From contig JBNPEG010000164.1 of assembly GCA_051117555.1 (NCBI GenBank), positions 1-29,595 of the forward strand: DNA of 29,595 nt. The letters run 5' to 3'. The notes below the pieces were generated by a model that worked only from the letters and a program-made list of their open reading frames with translations, was not told the DNA's origin and ran no database searches. This DNA comes from Elainellaceae cyanobacterium. GTDB lineage: Bacteria > Cyanobacteriota > Cyanobacteriia > CAZCXK01. The translations under genes and the position numbers were made by a program. Shown here piece by piece: positions 17,601 to 27,620 of the stretch; the first letter of the stretch is position 1, and each line of letters opens with the position of its first letter.

Positions 17601-20537
17601 CTAATCAATCGATTCATGATAGCGAGGTAGCGTAAACCAAACTGTTGTGCCGTTTCCTACTATACTTTGAACGCCAATTTCACCCTGATGAGCCGAGATA
17701 ATCTGCCGACAGAGGTAAAGCCCTAGACCGATTCCAGTCAGATGAGGATCGCTCGGGCAACCGATACAGAGATCAAAGAGGCGATCGCACTTTTCTGGGC
17801 TGATTCCAACACCGTTGTCTGTAATAGAACAAAAAATACTGTCATTAGTCCCATCGATTTTGAGCGTCACGTCAGTGCCGGGTGGATTGTGAAGGATGGC
17901 GTTGCGAAGCAAATGATTGAAAACTCGCGTCAACTCCCTCGCATCTGCATAAATAATGGGAGACTCGGAGGGAATGTCTTGCGTAAGAGTCACAGCATGC
18001 TTCGCCCGCATCGATTCTGCTTCTGTAATGCCCCCTTCTAACACGCTGAGCAGTGCAACCGGCGTACGGTGCAGATGAATCCCCTGAGTCTTGATGGTAT
18101 ACACTTCCTGCAGCGAGTTTAGTTTGGTTAGCTGTTTGCCACCTGCTTGAATCATTCTCTCTAATACGTTTCGAGATATCGTGACCTGGTCTCCCGAGGT
18201 CGGCTGAAGATTGGTGAGTAGCATGATCATGCCTTTGACCGTTGTGCTCAAATCGTGGGTAATAGCGTGGAGGAAAAAGTCTCGAAGCGTATTGAGTTCC
18301 TGGAGCTCCTGCATCTTTTGTTGTAACTGTGCAGTCCGTTCCGCCACTTGCCTTTCTAAATTTACGTTCAAGTTTTGGACCTGACTGTAGAGTTCGGCTT
18401 GCTGAGTGGCGATCGCCACTTGAGTCGCCAGTCGTTCGAGTAGGTCTGATTCAAACGGAGTCCACGTCCGGGGCATCGAGCATTGATGCGCCACCAGCAC
18501 GCCAAACAATCGTTCATCTACAATGATAGGAACGCCAACCGCAGCACGCACCTGGTATCGAGTCACGCATTCTTCAAAAAAGGGAGACTGCTTCACCTCT
18601 GTTGTGTCAGAAATGATACAGACGCGAGTTTGATTGAAAATTTCTTGAATTTCTTGATACACGTCCGAATCGATAATCTGCCCTAGCACCGATGGAAAGT
18701 CGGGTGACACCGATTCTGCGACAATTGTGCCCTTTCCATAGGCATCAAAGTGGCTGAGAAATACTCGATCGGCTCTCAAAAACCGTCGTACTTCTGCAAC
18801 CGTTGTGTTGAGCATTTCATCTAAATCGAGAGACTCACGAATCCGCAGTGCGATCTCTCCAAGCAGGCGATCGCGCTCATTTGCGCGGCGAAGGTGCTCT
18901 TCTGCACGCTTGCGCTCCGTGATATCCCGAGCGACACACAGCAAACACGCCTGGTCACTGAGGTTAATCACTTCGATAGAGGTCAAGGTGATCACCGGGC
19001 GATTCGCCTTATCGAGAAACATGTATTCGTGGTTTCGAACCGCCCCCGTCTCCCGGATGATATCTGTGAGGTTTTCCCGATCCGCATAGTTTGACCAAAG
19101 ATTGAGGTCATACGACGTGCGCCCGATGACCTCATCTCGCCGATATCCGGTCATCCGTAAAAAGCTCTCATTCACATCGATGAATCGTCCGTCTTCCAGA
19201 GTGCTGATAGTAATTGAATCTGGGCTAAACCCGAAGGCTTTCGAAAATTTCTCCTGAGACTCTAGCAGAGCCACTTCGGTTTGCTTTGCTTCAGTAATAT
19301 CTTGAATTGTCCCTGTAATGCGGGTGGGCTGAATTTCAACATGTTCACACACCAATCGTTCGGACTGATCAGGCAGAATGACCCGATACTCAATCGAATA
19401 GGGCATTTTTTCAGACAATGCCCGTGATAGAGCCATTCTGACCCGATCTCGATCATCGGGATGAACCACCTCAAGCAACGCATCTGGATTGGGAGAGGTG
19501 GTCTTGGGATGAAGCCCTAGTAGGCAATACAGTTCGTCTGACCATGTCCATTGATCACCATCTTGATCAAAATCCCAATTTCCTAACTGAGCAATTCGCT
19601 GAGCATTGGCAAGGCTTGCTTCGCTTCGGCGTAAGAGCGTGTCGGTTTTTTGATGCTGTGCCTCGGCAGCCGCAATCACCAGTGTCGTGATGGTAATCAC
19701 GCTTAGGAAGGCTTGCAAGATTAAAATCGAGTGCCTGCTATCGGGGGCTTGTGCCGCAAACGGGCCTGCTCCAGATAAGGTTCCGGCGATCGCAAGGGTG
19801 GAGAGCAAAAAATTGCCGAGTACGCCTCCCGCCACGCCAAATCTCAAAGCCGCCCAGATGACTAAGGGAAAGGGTAAATATTTGATGGGATACTGGGCGA
19901 TCGCTTCGTCATATCTCAGCCCATAGACCGCCCCACTCACACCCAACAACAACCCTAGCCAGATAATCCGTTCAGCCCATTCTCGAACCGTTAACGATTT
20001 CAGCCGACGAATGCGACATGTCAAAATAACTGGCGCGACAATCAGCACCCCCATGCTGTCACCCAGCCAAAAGGTTCCCCAAAACTCACCGAGATTGCTC
20101 CATGCCAGATTGCCACTCCATAGCAATGCGCCGCTGCTGATTGTGGCATTGATGCAAGTTGCGAGAATCGCCGCGAGAGATATAAATGCAATGACATCTC
20201 TGACTCGATCTAGCGACGGTCGAAACTGAACTCGGCGCAGAAGCGACGCGCCGACAACCGCCTGCAAGGTCGTTCCCAGAACAGATGCAGACACTTCAAT
20301 TACAGTCCCGCCATGACTGTAATCTAACCAGAATGCCCCGATTGCCAAACCGGGCCAGACTCGGGAACCTGCTACTAGAAGCGCTCCTAAACCGATGCCA
20401 GCGGGGGGCCAAACCGGAGAAACTTTACCTTCAAAAGCCGGAATTGACAGAATAAATTCTGATGTCAATAGATAGGCGAGAGCAACAATTAGGACAATAC
20501 CCAGGTAGCGCCCAAGTCTGTTCTGGCTTAGTTGCAT
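17601..20537 (-). CDS. Sensor histidine kinase, MASE1-PAS-PAS-GAF-HisKA-HATPase
   Basis: MASE1 (SPVWPPAGI, WLGDSMGVL, WAALRFG), PAS (VHPDDR; DVNESF...GYRRDEVIG), GAF (ADRV...LVAHQC..PRTW), H-box THDL, NAILH, DNGVGI and GIGLGL. Confidence 0.93.
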   Translation of the reverse strand: MQLSQNRLGRYLGIVLIVALAYLLTSEFILSIPAFEGKVSPVWPPAGIGLGALLVAGSRVWPGLAIGAFWLDYSHGGTVIEVSASVLGTTLQAVVGASLLRRVQFRPSLDRVRDVIAFISLAAILATCINATISSGALLWSGNLAWSNLGEFWGTFWLGDSMGVLIVAPVILTCRIRRLKSLTVREWAERIIWLGLLLGVSGAVYGLRYDEAIAQYPIKYLPFPLVIWAALRFGVAGGVLGNFLLSTLAIAGTLSGAGPFAAQAPDSRHSILILQAFLSVITITTLVIAAAEAQHQKTDTLLRRSEASLANAQRIAQLGNWDFDQDGDQWTWSDELYCLLGLHPKTTSPNPDALLEVVHPDDRDRVRMALSRALSEKMPYSIEYRVILPDQSERLVCEHVEIQPTRITGTIQDITEAKQTEVALLESQEKFSKAFGFSPDSITISTLEDGRFIDVNESFLRMTGYRRDEVIGRTSYDLNLWSNYADRENLTDIIRETGAVRNHEYMFLDKANRPVITLTSIEVINLSDQACLLCVARDITERKRAEEHLRRANERDRLLGEIALRIRESLDLDEMLNTTVAEVRRFLRADRVFLSHFDAYGKGTIVAESVSPDFPSVLGQIIDSDVYQEIQEIFNQTRVCIISDTTEVKQSPFFEECVTRYQVRAAVGVPIIVDERLFGVLVAHQCSMPRTWTPFESDLLERLATQVAIATQQAELYSQVQNLNVNLERQVAERTAQLQQKMQELQELNTLRDFFLHAITHDLSTTVKGMIMLLTNLQPTSGDQVTISRNVLERMIQAGGKQLTKLNSLQEVYTIKTQGIHLHRTPVALLSVLEGGITEAESMRAKHAVTLTQDIPSESPIIYADARELTRVFNHLLRNAILHNPPGTDVTLKIDGTNDSIFCSITDNGVGISPEKCDRLFDLCIGCPSDPHLTGIGLGLYLCRQIISAHQGEIGVQSIVGNGTTVWFTLPRYHESID

Positions 20538-20897
20538 AGCACGTTAATCATCGTCACACTCAACACATTCTTAAACGCTCAAAACGACACTCAGAGATGA
20601 GACGAGTCCAAGAAAAATCTGGCGGACTATGACTCGATATCTCAATTAGAAACCCCATAAAAGCGACTCCCCAAGAGGCGAAGATATCAGGCTGTTACTG
20701 GAGACTTAAAGGAGACATGCTCATTGTGAAATCAATGAAGCAGGCAGCTTGTCAAAATACTCAAATGATTCCATCAGCTTAGGCAGCTTAGGCAAGGGAC
20801 ATGAACCCCTTGTCGGTTCAAATTATTTCTACAAAACTCCTCAGTCTAAAACCAAAATACATACGCTGATAAAAAGGCGCTCTTTAATCTGTAGACA

Positions 20898-21009
20898 ACT
20901 AGTACAAGATGGCGGAAGTTTCATACCCGTAGTGTGAGCGTCTCGCTCACGTCGCGGGCAAGATACCCACACTTAAATAGTCGGCTTATTGCTGCCAATC
21001 AGTACTAGT
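20898..21009. repeat. Miniature inverted-repeat element with ACTAGTAC/GTACTAGT ends and a REP-like core
   Basis: Perfect 8-bp terminal inverted repeat. Inner GTAGTGTGAGCGTCTCGCTCAC and GGGCAAGATACCC hairpins. Confidence 0.7.
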
Positions 21010-21237
21010 CTATGAACAACGAGTGAAGTCGCCTGGCAGTATAAACGATTGGTTGTCTAATCATCTGCTAAGGTGTCAAACTTAGCATCGTTTGTGGAAG
21101 CTCCTATTGCCTTCCTCCAGGTGGATGAGCCTGTCAGAAGGATACTTTTATCGTCACTAGAGAATGCCCCGCATGGTAATTTTATTTCTGTGCAGATAAG
21201 TCCAAATCCGCAAGAAATTACGTCTAATTCATTCAGT

Positions 21238-22488
21238 TTAGATTAATATAGCGGCATTAATCTCACGAGGATACAGTAACCAATGCCGTTGACACGAATA
21301 AGTCAGCGTTTTAACCAGTGGAGAAAGATGACTGATTTCTTGCACGCTTGTATCGGTCTGGAGATTAATGCCTTTTTGATACAGCGTGTAGCCTCGGCTG
21401 AGCGTCGTTCGTAAGCCCGCATAGTACTGATGATTCCAACCATACTGCTGGAGTTGGCAGTACACCTGATCGAGCAGTGCCTTCTGCTGTGAGCAATCGA
21501 GATGGGTGACATCTAAGGCTTTGAGTAAGTCTCGATTGATAAATCGCTGGCAAAGATTGGATAACACGGGATCTGGATGCTTTTGCCATCGCTGCAAATG
21601 ATAGAGAAATATGCCATCGTCTGCATCTAAATACAGATCGAGAGGGAGGCGATCGCAGTCCTGCTGCAACCAAGCCGATACAATCTCATCAGCCGGGAGC
21701 TGATCTAATGCCAGCAGTTCGCGGGATCGTTTAAAGGCTTGCTCCAAAATCCAGGTGGCTGCCAAATTTTTGGGGTGATTGTAGACTTGAGCATACATAA
21801 AGTAACGGACGATTAGGTAATGCTCAATAGCCGCCAACCCCTTGTGAGCGACGACGAGCGTCTGTGTGTCGGGGTCGTAGCGCATCGCCATCAAGATCCG
21901 ATCTAAATCGAGGCGACCGTAGCTTGCTCCAGTAAAGTAGCTATCTCGCATCAAATAATCGAGGCGATCGCAGTCTAGTTGACTCGATACCAGTTGCCAG
22001 ACCAATGGAACGGGATGAGTTTTAAGAAAAATGTGGTGCAAGTGATCAACCAAATCTGGGCTAAACGCATCCAGCAAGGTTCGAATTGAGTCTGACTCGC
22101 GCAATAATCGCAGCGTCCACTGCTCGTGATGGCTGCCAAAAATATCTTCGCAGGTATGACTAAACGGACCATGTCCGATGTCGTGTAGAAGGGCAGCACA
22201 CAAAACGGGAGCCCGGTAAGGTTGAAGCTGAGGATGATGGCGAGCAATGCGGTCAAAGGCGCGACGGGCGATCGCCATGACGCCGAGAGAATGAGTAAAT
22301 CGAGAGGCTTCCGCCCCGTGAAATGTCAAACTCGCTGAACCGAGCTGACGAATACGCCGCAGTCGTTGAAATACGGGGGTATCAATCAGGCGGATTAGAA
22401 GAGACTCGGTCGGATCACTCTGATCGAGGGCGATCGCGCCATGGAGGGGGTCATGATAGGTTCGGCCATATCTAGGCAGCACCTGCAA
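21238..22488 (-). CDS. HD-domain phosphohydrolase (dNTP triphosphohydrolase-like)
   Basis: DPLHG, FQRLRRIRQLG, SRFTHSLG, LLHDIGHGPFSH and DCDRLDY motifs. The GTG start overlaps the end of ctpA. Confidence 0.92.
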   Translation of the reverse strand: MQVLPRYGRTYHDPLHGAIALDQSDPTESLLIRLIDTPVFQRLRRIRQLGSASLTFHGAEASRFTHSLGVMAIARRAFDRIARHHPQLQPYRAPVLCAALLHDIGHGPFSHTCEDIFGSHHEQWTLRLLRESDSIRTLLDAFSPDLVDHLHHIFLKTHPVPLVWQLVSSQLDCDRLDYLMRDSYFTGASYGRLDLDRILMAMRYDPDTQTLVVAHKGLAAIEHYLIVRYFMYAQVYNHPKNLAATWILEQAFKRSRELLALDQLPADEIVSAWLQQDCDRLPLDLYLDADDGIFLYHLQRWQKHPDPVLSNLCQRFINRDLLKALDVTHLDCSQQKALLDQVYCQLQQYGWNHQYYAGLRTTLSRGYTLYQKGINLQTDTSVQEISHLSPLVKTLTYSCQRHWLLYPREINAAILI

Positions 22489-23707
22489 TCACCACCGAAT
22501 CTGTTAATAGATCAACAGCCGCTTGGTACTGGCGATCGGATGAGGTGGCAACCTGATCTCGTCGAATCGGATCAAGAGGCACTACCACATCTGGAGCAAT
22601 GCCTAACCGATTAATGTCGTGATGTCCTGGGGTTTCATACTTGGCAACGGTGACGGCTAAGCCTGCTCCATCGGACAAGCTGAACAAAGACTGAATCAAA
22701 CCCTTGCCAAAGGTCTGCTCACCGACCAACTGAGCTCGTTGGTTATCGTGCAGCGCACCCGCCAAAATTTCGCTGGCGCTAGCCGTTCCTCGATTCACTA
22801 AGACGACTAACGGCGCATCTGTTAAAGCTTGACCATAGGATTCAAAACTATCTTGGATACCAAAGCGATTCACGGTATAAACCACTGTGCCCTCATCAAG
22901 CCAAAGACGGGCGATTTCGATTCCGGCTTGCAAAAGACCCCCAGGGTTATTTCGCAAATCTAGAATGTAGGCATCTGCGCCCTGATCATCCAGACTTCGA
23001 ATTGCCTGAGATACTTCACTGGTGGCATTGGCGTTGAATTGATTGAGCCGAATATACCCAACTGAAAAATCCTGGTTCTGAGGTCGCAGATCGGCATAAA
23101 CCGGGTTTAGACTGATGCGATCGCGCACGAGTTTGACATCGAAGGGCTCACCGTCTTCTCGCCCAATGGTTAACACTACAGGGCTTCCCACCGTGCCACG
23201 CATTCGTTCGGCTGCTTCGTCAAGCGTCAGGTCCGTCGTCAGGGTGCCATCAATTTTGAGAATGCGATCATAGGGCTGTATGTCGCTCCGATCGGCAGGA
23301 GATCCTTCGATGGGGGCAATCACGCTCAGTTCTCCTGTTTCGCTTTGACGCGTAATTTGCAGCCCAACTCCAGTGAGCTCACCCGACGTATTCGTTTGCA
23401 AACTTCGATACTGGTCTGGTTTTAACAACCGAGTAAACGGATCGTCCAAACTCGCCAGCATTTCTTGAATCGCATCGTAGGTGTCGTCACGAGTTTTGAG
23501 AGGCTGTTTGAGTGCCCGTTGCCGAACAAACCACCAATTTTGGTCATTAAACGAATTGTCTAAATACGACCGATTTACGATTCGCCAAACTTCGCTGAGC
23601 AGCTTTTGTTCTTCAGTAAAGGCGATCGCGTCTGGAGCGAAGACCCCCAAACACACCACCACAGACGCAAGTAAAAGTAATCCGGCTCTTAAAACGTTCT
23701 TTACCAT
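22472..23707 (-). CDS. ctpA: Carboxyl-terminal processing protease (S41A, D1 processing)
   Basis: Signal peptide, LDDPFT, PDZ GVGL, DLRNNPGG, TASASE (Ser) and FGKG (Lys). Divergent from petB, as is common in cyanobacteria. Confidence 0.9.
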   Translation of the reverse strand: MVKNVLRAGLLLLASVVVCLGVFAPDAIAFTEEQKLLSEVWRIVNRSYLDNSFNDQNWWFVRQRALKQPLKTRDDTYDAIQEMLASLDDPFTRLLKPDQYRSLQTNTSGELTGVGLQITRQSETGELSVIAPIEGSPADRSDIQPYDRILKIDGTLTTDLTLDEAAERMRGTVGSPVVLTIGREDGEPFDVKLVRDRISLNPVYADLRPQNQDFSVGYIRLNQFNANATSEVSQAIRSLDDQGADAYILDLRNNPGGLLQAGIEIARLWLDEGTVVYTVNRFGIQDSFESYGQALTDAPLVVLVNRGTASASEILAGALHDNQRAQLVGEQTFGKGLIQSLFSLSDGAGLAVTVAKYETPGHHDINRLGIAPDVVVPLDPIRRDQVATSSDRQYQAAVDLLTDSVVIAGAA

Positions 23708-23719
23708 GCCCTAGATCTT

Positions 23720-23741
23720 AATCGTTATCAAATCGTTATCA
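23720..23741. repeat. Perfect 11-bp tandem duplication (AATCGTTATCA)2 upstream of ctpA
   Basis: Read directly from the sequence. Confidence 0.8.
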
Positions 23742-23999
23742 AACAGTCGCTGCTACCCCATCAATCAAAGATGTCGCATGACAATGTCCTTTTCATAACA
23801 AATCTAAAGAATTTATTCTCATTTTTCTCACATCTTAGTTACAGATTGCTAGCGAGAGATTCTCACGCCGCAGAGCGAACCGTAGAGTGAACCTAAAATG
23901 GACACATATTTTTTCGAACCCCAGTTAGGCATGAAATCTGATGAGAACCTGTGTTACATTCTTTATGATTAGAAATATATCCTCTAGACACCTTCCTCC

Positions 24000-24668
24000 A
24001 TGTTTACTAAGCAGGTAACAGATTCAAAAGCGTACCAATGGTTTCAGGAGCGCCTAGAAATTCAGGCACTTGCTGATGATATTGCCAGCAAGTATGTACC
24101 TCCCCACGTTAATATTTTTTATTGTCTCGGAGGAATCACGCTGACGTGCTTCCTCATCCAGTTTGCGACTGGCTTTGCAATGACGTTTTACTACAAACCC
24201 ACTGTAACGGAAGCCTTTTCATCCGTTCAGTACTTAATGACCGATGTCAACTTTGGTTGGCTAATTCGTTCGATCCATCGCTGGTCTGCCAGCATGATGG
24301 TGCTGATGATGATTCTGCACGTCTTCCGGGTATACCTCACAGGTGGCTTCAAAAAACCTCGTGAGCTAACGTGGGTGACGGGTGTGGTTTTGGCAGTCAT
24401 TACCGTTTCATTTGGTGTCACTGGATATTCGCTGCCGTGGGACCAGGTTGGATACTGGGCTGTCAAAATTGTGTCGGGTGTCCCCGAAGCTATTCCGGTA
24501 GTGGGTTCTTTGATTGTTGAACTGATTCGGGGCGGTGAAAGTGTTGGTCAAGCAACGCTGACTCGTTTCTATAGCATCCATACGTTTGTATTGCCCTGGC
24601 TGATCGCAGTATTTATGCTGCTCCACTTCCTGATGATTCGGAAGCAGGGAATTTCAGGTCCGTTGTAA
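24000..24668 (+). CDS. petB: Cytochrome b6
   Basis: 222 aa with [12 protein letters not shown] (heme ci Cys), [23 protein letters not shown] and RKQGISGPL. Confidence 0.99.
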   Translation: MFTKQVTDSKAYQWFQERLEIQALADDIASKYVPPHVNIFYCLGGITLTCFLIQFATGFAMTFYYKPTVTEAFSSVQYLMTDVNFGWLIRSIHRWSASMMVLMMILHVFRVYLTGGFKKPRELTWVTGVVLAVITVSFGVTGYSLPWDQVGYWAVKIVSGVPEAIPVVGSLIVELIRGGESVGQATLTRFYSIHTFVLPWLIAVFMLLHFLMIRKQGISGPL

Positions 24669-24817
24669 GGCGTCTACGGATCGTCAATTTCATACATCTT
24701 GTTACAGAGTGATACAGAGTGATGGGGTTGACACCGCTAGACTAGGAATAAGGCGAACCTGAATTTATGATGCTTTCTACCCGTATCGCTAGACTTTGAG
24801 GAGAACATTGAAGACCT

Positions 24818-25300
24818 ATGGCAACGATTAAAAAGCCTGATTTGAGCGATCCAAAGCTCCGCGAGATGCTGAAGCAGGGCATGGGGCATAACTATTACGG
24901 CGAACCCGCATGGCCAAATGATCTGCTCTATATTTTCCCGGTTGTCATTCTAGGCACCATCGCATGTTGCGTTGCATTAGCAGTTCTCGATCCTGCCATG
25001 GTAGGTGAGCCTGCTAATCCTTTTGCGACACCTTTAGAGATTTTGCCAGAGTGGTATCTGTATCCGGTCTTTCAGCTTCTTCGCGTTTTGCCGAACAAGC
25101 TTCTCGGAATTGGCTGTATGGCGGCTGTTCCTTTGGGATTGATTCTGGTTCCATTCATCGAGAATGTGAATAAGTTTCAGAATCCATTCCGTCGTCCTGT
25201 TGCTACAGCTGTGTTTATGTTTGGCACAGTTGTGACGATTTGGCTCGGCATTGGGGCAACCTATCCCATCGATGAGTCTTTGACGCTGGGCTTGTTCTAG
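24818..25300 (+). CDS. petD: Cytochrome b6f subunit IV
   Basis: 160 aa with [22 protein letters not shown] and NPFRRP. GAGGAG Shine-Dalgarno. Confidence 0.99.
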   Translation: MATIKKPDLSDPKLREMLKQGMGHNYYGEPAWPNDLLYIFPVVILGTIACCVALAVLDPAMVGEPANPFATPLEILPEWYLYPVFQLLRVLPNKLLGIGCMAAVPLGLILVPFIENVNKFQNPFRRPVATAVFMFGTVVTIWLGIGATYPIDESLTLGLF

Positions 25301-25355
25301 AGCGTTGATGTTGATCAGGTGATGGTCCAGCTATGTTTGGATCACTTCAAATTTC

Positions 25356-25428
25356 TAGATATCTGCCTTGAGTTGTTGCGGTGATAGTGTGTCGCTATCT
25401 TGCTCTAACAGTTCGAGGCAGATATTTG
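25356..25428. terminator. Long hairpin between convergent petD and gor (terminator or 3' stabiliser)
   Basis: ATATCTGCCTTGAGTTGTT pairs with AACAGTTCGAGGCAGATAT. Inner GATAG/CTATC stem. Confidence 0.6.
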
Positions 25429-25481
25429 ATTTCGGGCATTTATGCGCCGTCAGCAGACACTCTGGCGGCCATGACGCGCTA

Positions 25482-25511
25482 GTTGCTTTATGTTGCTTTA
25501 TGTTGCTTTAT
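25482..25511. repeat. (GTTGCTTTAT)3 tandem repeat overlapping the gor stop codon
   Basis: Read directly from the sequence. Confidence 0.85.
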
Positions 25512-26905
25512 AAGGAAACAAATTCTTCAGCGGAGGTGGGGTGAATTCCGATTGTTGTTTCAAAGTCTTGCTTAGTAATGCCGCTTGTCACAGCGATCGC
25601 CACTCCCTGAATAATTTCTGCGGCATGATCGCCAACCATGTGAGCCCCCAACACGCGATTCGACGTGTCGTCCACCACGAGTTTGCACAAGGCTGTTTCA
25701 TGATGCTGAGTCAGGCTGTAGAACAGGGGCTGGAATCGGGCTGTATAGCACTTCACTGCATCACCCATCTGCGCTCTGGCTTGAGATTCGGTCATGCCGA
25801 TCATGGCTGCTTCAGGTTGTGAGAACACTGCTGTTGGAATGGCGTCATAGCGCATCGTATGAACGCGGCGATCGCCAAATTCAGTATCGGCAACGGAACG
25901 CCCTGCCGCGACTGCCACCGGAGTCAAATTGACCCGGTCGATACAGTCTCCAATGGCAAAAATGTGAGGCTGAGAGGTGCGATGGTATTCATCGACACGA
26001 ATAGCGCCCGTGTGGGGCGAGTGATTAGAGGAGAACTCGACGCCAGCATTTTCTAACGCCAGTCCGTCTGTATTGGGCGTGCGCCCCGTTGCCGCCAGAA
26101 CGACATCCACCTCTATTGTGGCAAGAGGGTTTCCATCTGGGTCAGAGATGTATACCTCAAGCCCGTCGTCGGTTTTTTCAATGGTTTTCACATAGACGCC
26201 GCAGCGATTATCAATTCCTCTCGCTAACATACCTCTGCGAACGAGTTCAGCGACGTCATCATCAAACCGCCGGAGAATGCAAGACTCTCGCACGAGCTGA
26301 TAGACGTGCGAACCAAGCCCGTTCATCATTCCAGCAAATTCAACTCCGATATACCCTCCTCCAATGATGGCGATGCGTCGAGGTTGTTCGGGCAAATAAA
26401 ACATATCCCGTGATGTCAGGGCATATTCAATACCAGGAATCGGGGGTTTCCAAGGAATGCTGCCCGTTGCAATCAGGATTTTGTTGGCAGTGACGGTGCG
26501 ATCGCCGTCCTGCGAGTCATTGATCTGGAGCGTATGGTCATCTACAAAGCTCACCCGATTCGAAAAGAAAGTGACATTGGCGTCTTTTAATTTTTTCTCA
26601 TGGACATGTTGAAGCCGCTGGATTTCTTGATTCTTAGCGGCAATAAAGTCGCTCCAGTTAAACGTAGAGTTTTCCTGAAGATCCCCATAACTCCATCCAT
26701 AATCTGCGGCGGCTCGCATGAGGGAAGAAAACTTTGAGGCGTATAGCAGCAGTTTTTTGGGAATGCAGCCTCGGTTGACGCAGACCCCTCCTACTTTATT
26801 GTCTTCAGCGATCGCCACATTGGCGCCCCAAGCAGCAGCCCGCTTCGCAGCGGCCAACCCACCGGACCCCGCGCCAATCACAAAAAAGTCGTAGTCAAAC
26901 ACCAT
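25508..26905 (-). CDS. gor: Glutathione-disulfide reductase
   Basis: GAGSGG, GGVCVNRGCIPKK redox disulfide, GGGYIG, LTPVA and HPTSAEE. Confidence 0.93.
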   Translation of the reverse strand: MVFDYDFFVIGAGSGGLAAAKRAAAWGANVAIAEDNKVGGVCVNRGCIPKKLLLYASKFSSLMRAAADYGWSYGDLQENSTFNWSDFIAAKNQEIQRLQHVHEKKLKDANVTFFSNRVSFVDDHTLQINDSQDGDRTVTANKILIATGSIPWKPPIPGIEYALTSRDMFYLPEQPRRIAIIGGGYIGVEFAGMMNGLGSHVYQLVRESCILRRFDDDVAELVRRGMLARGIDNRCGVYVKTIEKTDDGLEVYISDPDGNPLATIEVDVVLAATGRTPNTDGLALENAGVEFSSNHSPHTGAIRVDEYHRTSQPHIFAIGDCIDRVNLTPVAVAAGRSVADTEFGDRRVHTMRYDAIPTAVFSQPEAAMIGMTESQARAQMGDAVKCYTARFQPLFYSLTQHHETALCKLVVDDTSNRVLGAHMVGDHAAEIIQGVAIAVTSGITKQDFETTIGIHPTSAEEFVSL

Positions 26906-26999
26906 GATCTGCTGAGTGCACTAGTTTGGTCTGTCTGGAATAAATTAGCCAGCCCTGTAACTCGAATAAATCAAGCACCGCCTCTTATAGTTTATTGAA

Positions 27000-27548
27000 T
27001 TATTGACGATCAGATGGATTGGCTGGCTGGTCTACAAAATTAGGAGCCTGCTCTGATCTGAATACCTCTTGAGGATTGACCTCGACATCAATAGGTTGAA
27101 TCCCTGGCGGAAGGACCTGTAATGATTCATCTGGGTGGGTTTGATGCAGATCAACGTCCATCAAATTTTGATAGGCCGTTTGAGAAAGCTGAACAGATCT
27201 AGCATCATCCGCTGATGCTAGATCAGTCTCGACAGGAGTAGTATCGTTTGCTGGTGCTAGATTAGCCTCGACGGGAGTAGTATCGTCTGCTACGGCAGCA
27301 TGCTGGATAGGGAGGTGATTGGCGCTCTCAGAATTTCTTACGGGTTCAATCGGTGTGGAGTGAGAGGATGTGGAATTAGGCGAAGCTGACGCAACCGGCT
27401 GGTGCGATCGCCCCTCATTTGCTTGATTCCCCTGCTCACCAATGCGAGCGATATAGAAATGCTGAAGCAGGTGAGATACTCCCCAAAATGCACTTGCAAA
27501 GGACGCAGATGAGATAATTCCGATCGCTAAAATAAGACGTTTGACCAT
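27000..27548 (-). CDS. Hypothetical exported or membrane-anchored low-complexity protein with a 13-aa internal repeat
   Basis: Hydrophobic N-terminus and ADDTTPVEANLAP/ANDTTPVETDLAS repeat. Confidence 0.65.
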   Translation of the reverse strand: MVKRLILAIGIISSASFASAFWGVSHLLQHFYIARIGEQGNQANEGRSHQPVASASPNSTSSHSTPIEPVRNSESANHLPIQHAAVADDTTPVEANLAPANDTTPVETDLASADDARSVQLSQTAYQNLMDVDLHQTHPDESLQVLPPGIQPIDVEVNPQEVFRSEQAPNFVDQPANPSDRQ

Positions 27549-27620
27549 GCCGGTGATGCAACTAAACTACAAAATAATGGGTTAGACATATCCTGGAGAG
27601 ACCGAACTCAATCCCGTATT

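Noticed and set aside
18400..18830. GAF domain as a cyanobacteriochrome photoreceptor
   Set aside because: It lacks the canonical Cys-His bilin site (SPFF at that position) and has no DXCF motif.
20749..20937. 62-aa ORF in the kinase upstream region
   Set aside because: TTG start without a Shine-Dalgarno, and it runs through a tandem duplication and into a repeat element.
21238..22488. HD protein as a defensive dNTPase
   Set aside because: It looks like the housekeeping cyanobacterial HD family beside ctpA, with no defence context.
5127..26367. Numerous short antisense or alternate-frame ORFs inside the BCCT, GTPase, CPBP, phosphatase, membrane protein, kinase, HD, petB and gor genes
   Set aside because: Shadow ORFs fully overlapping well-supported genes.
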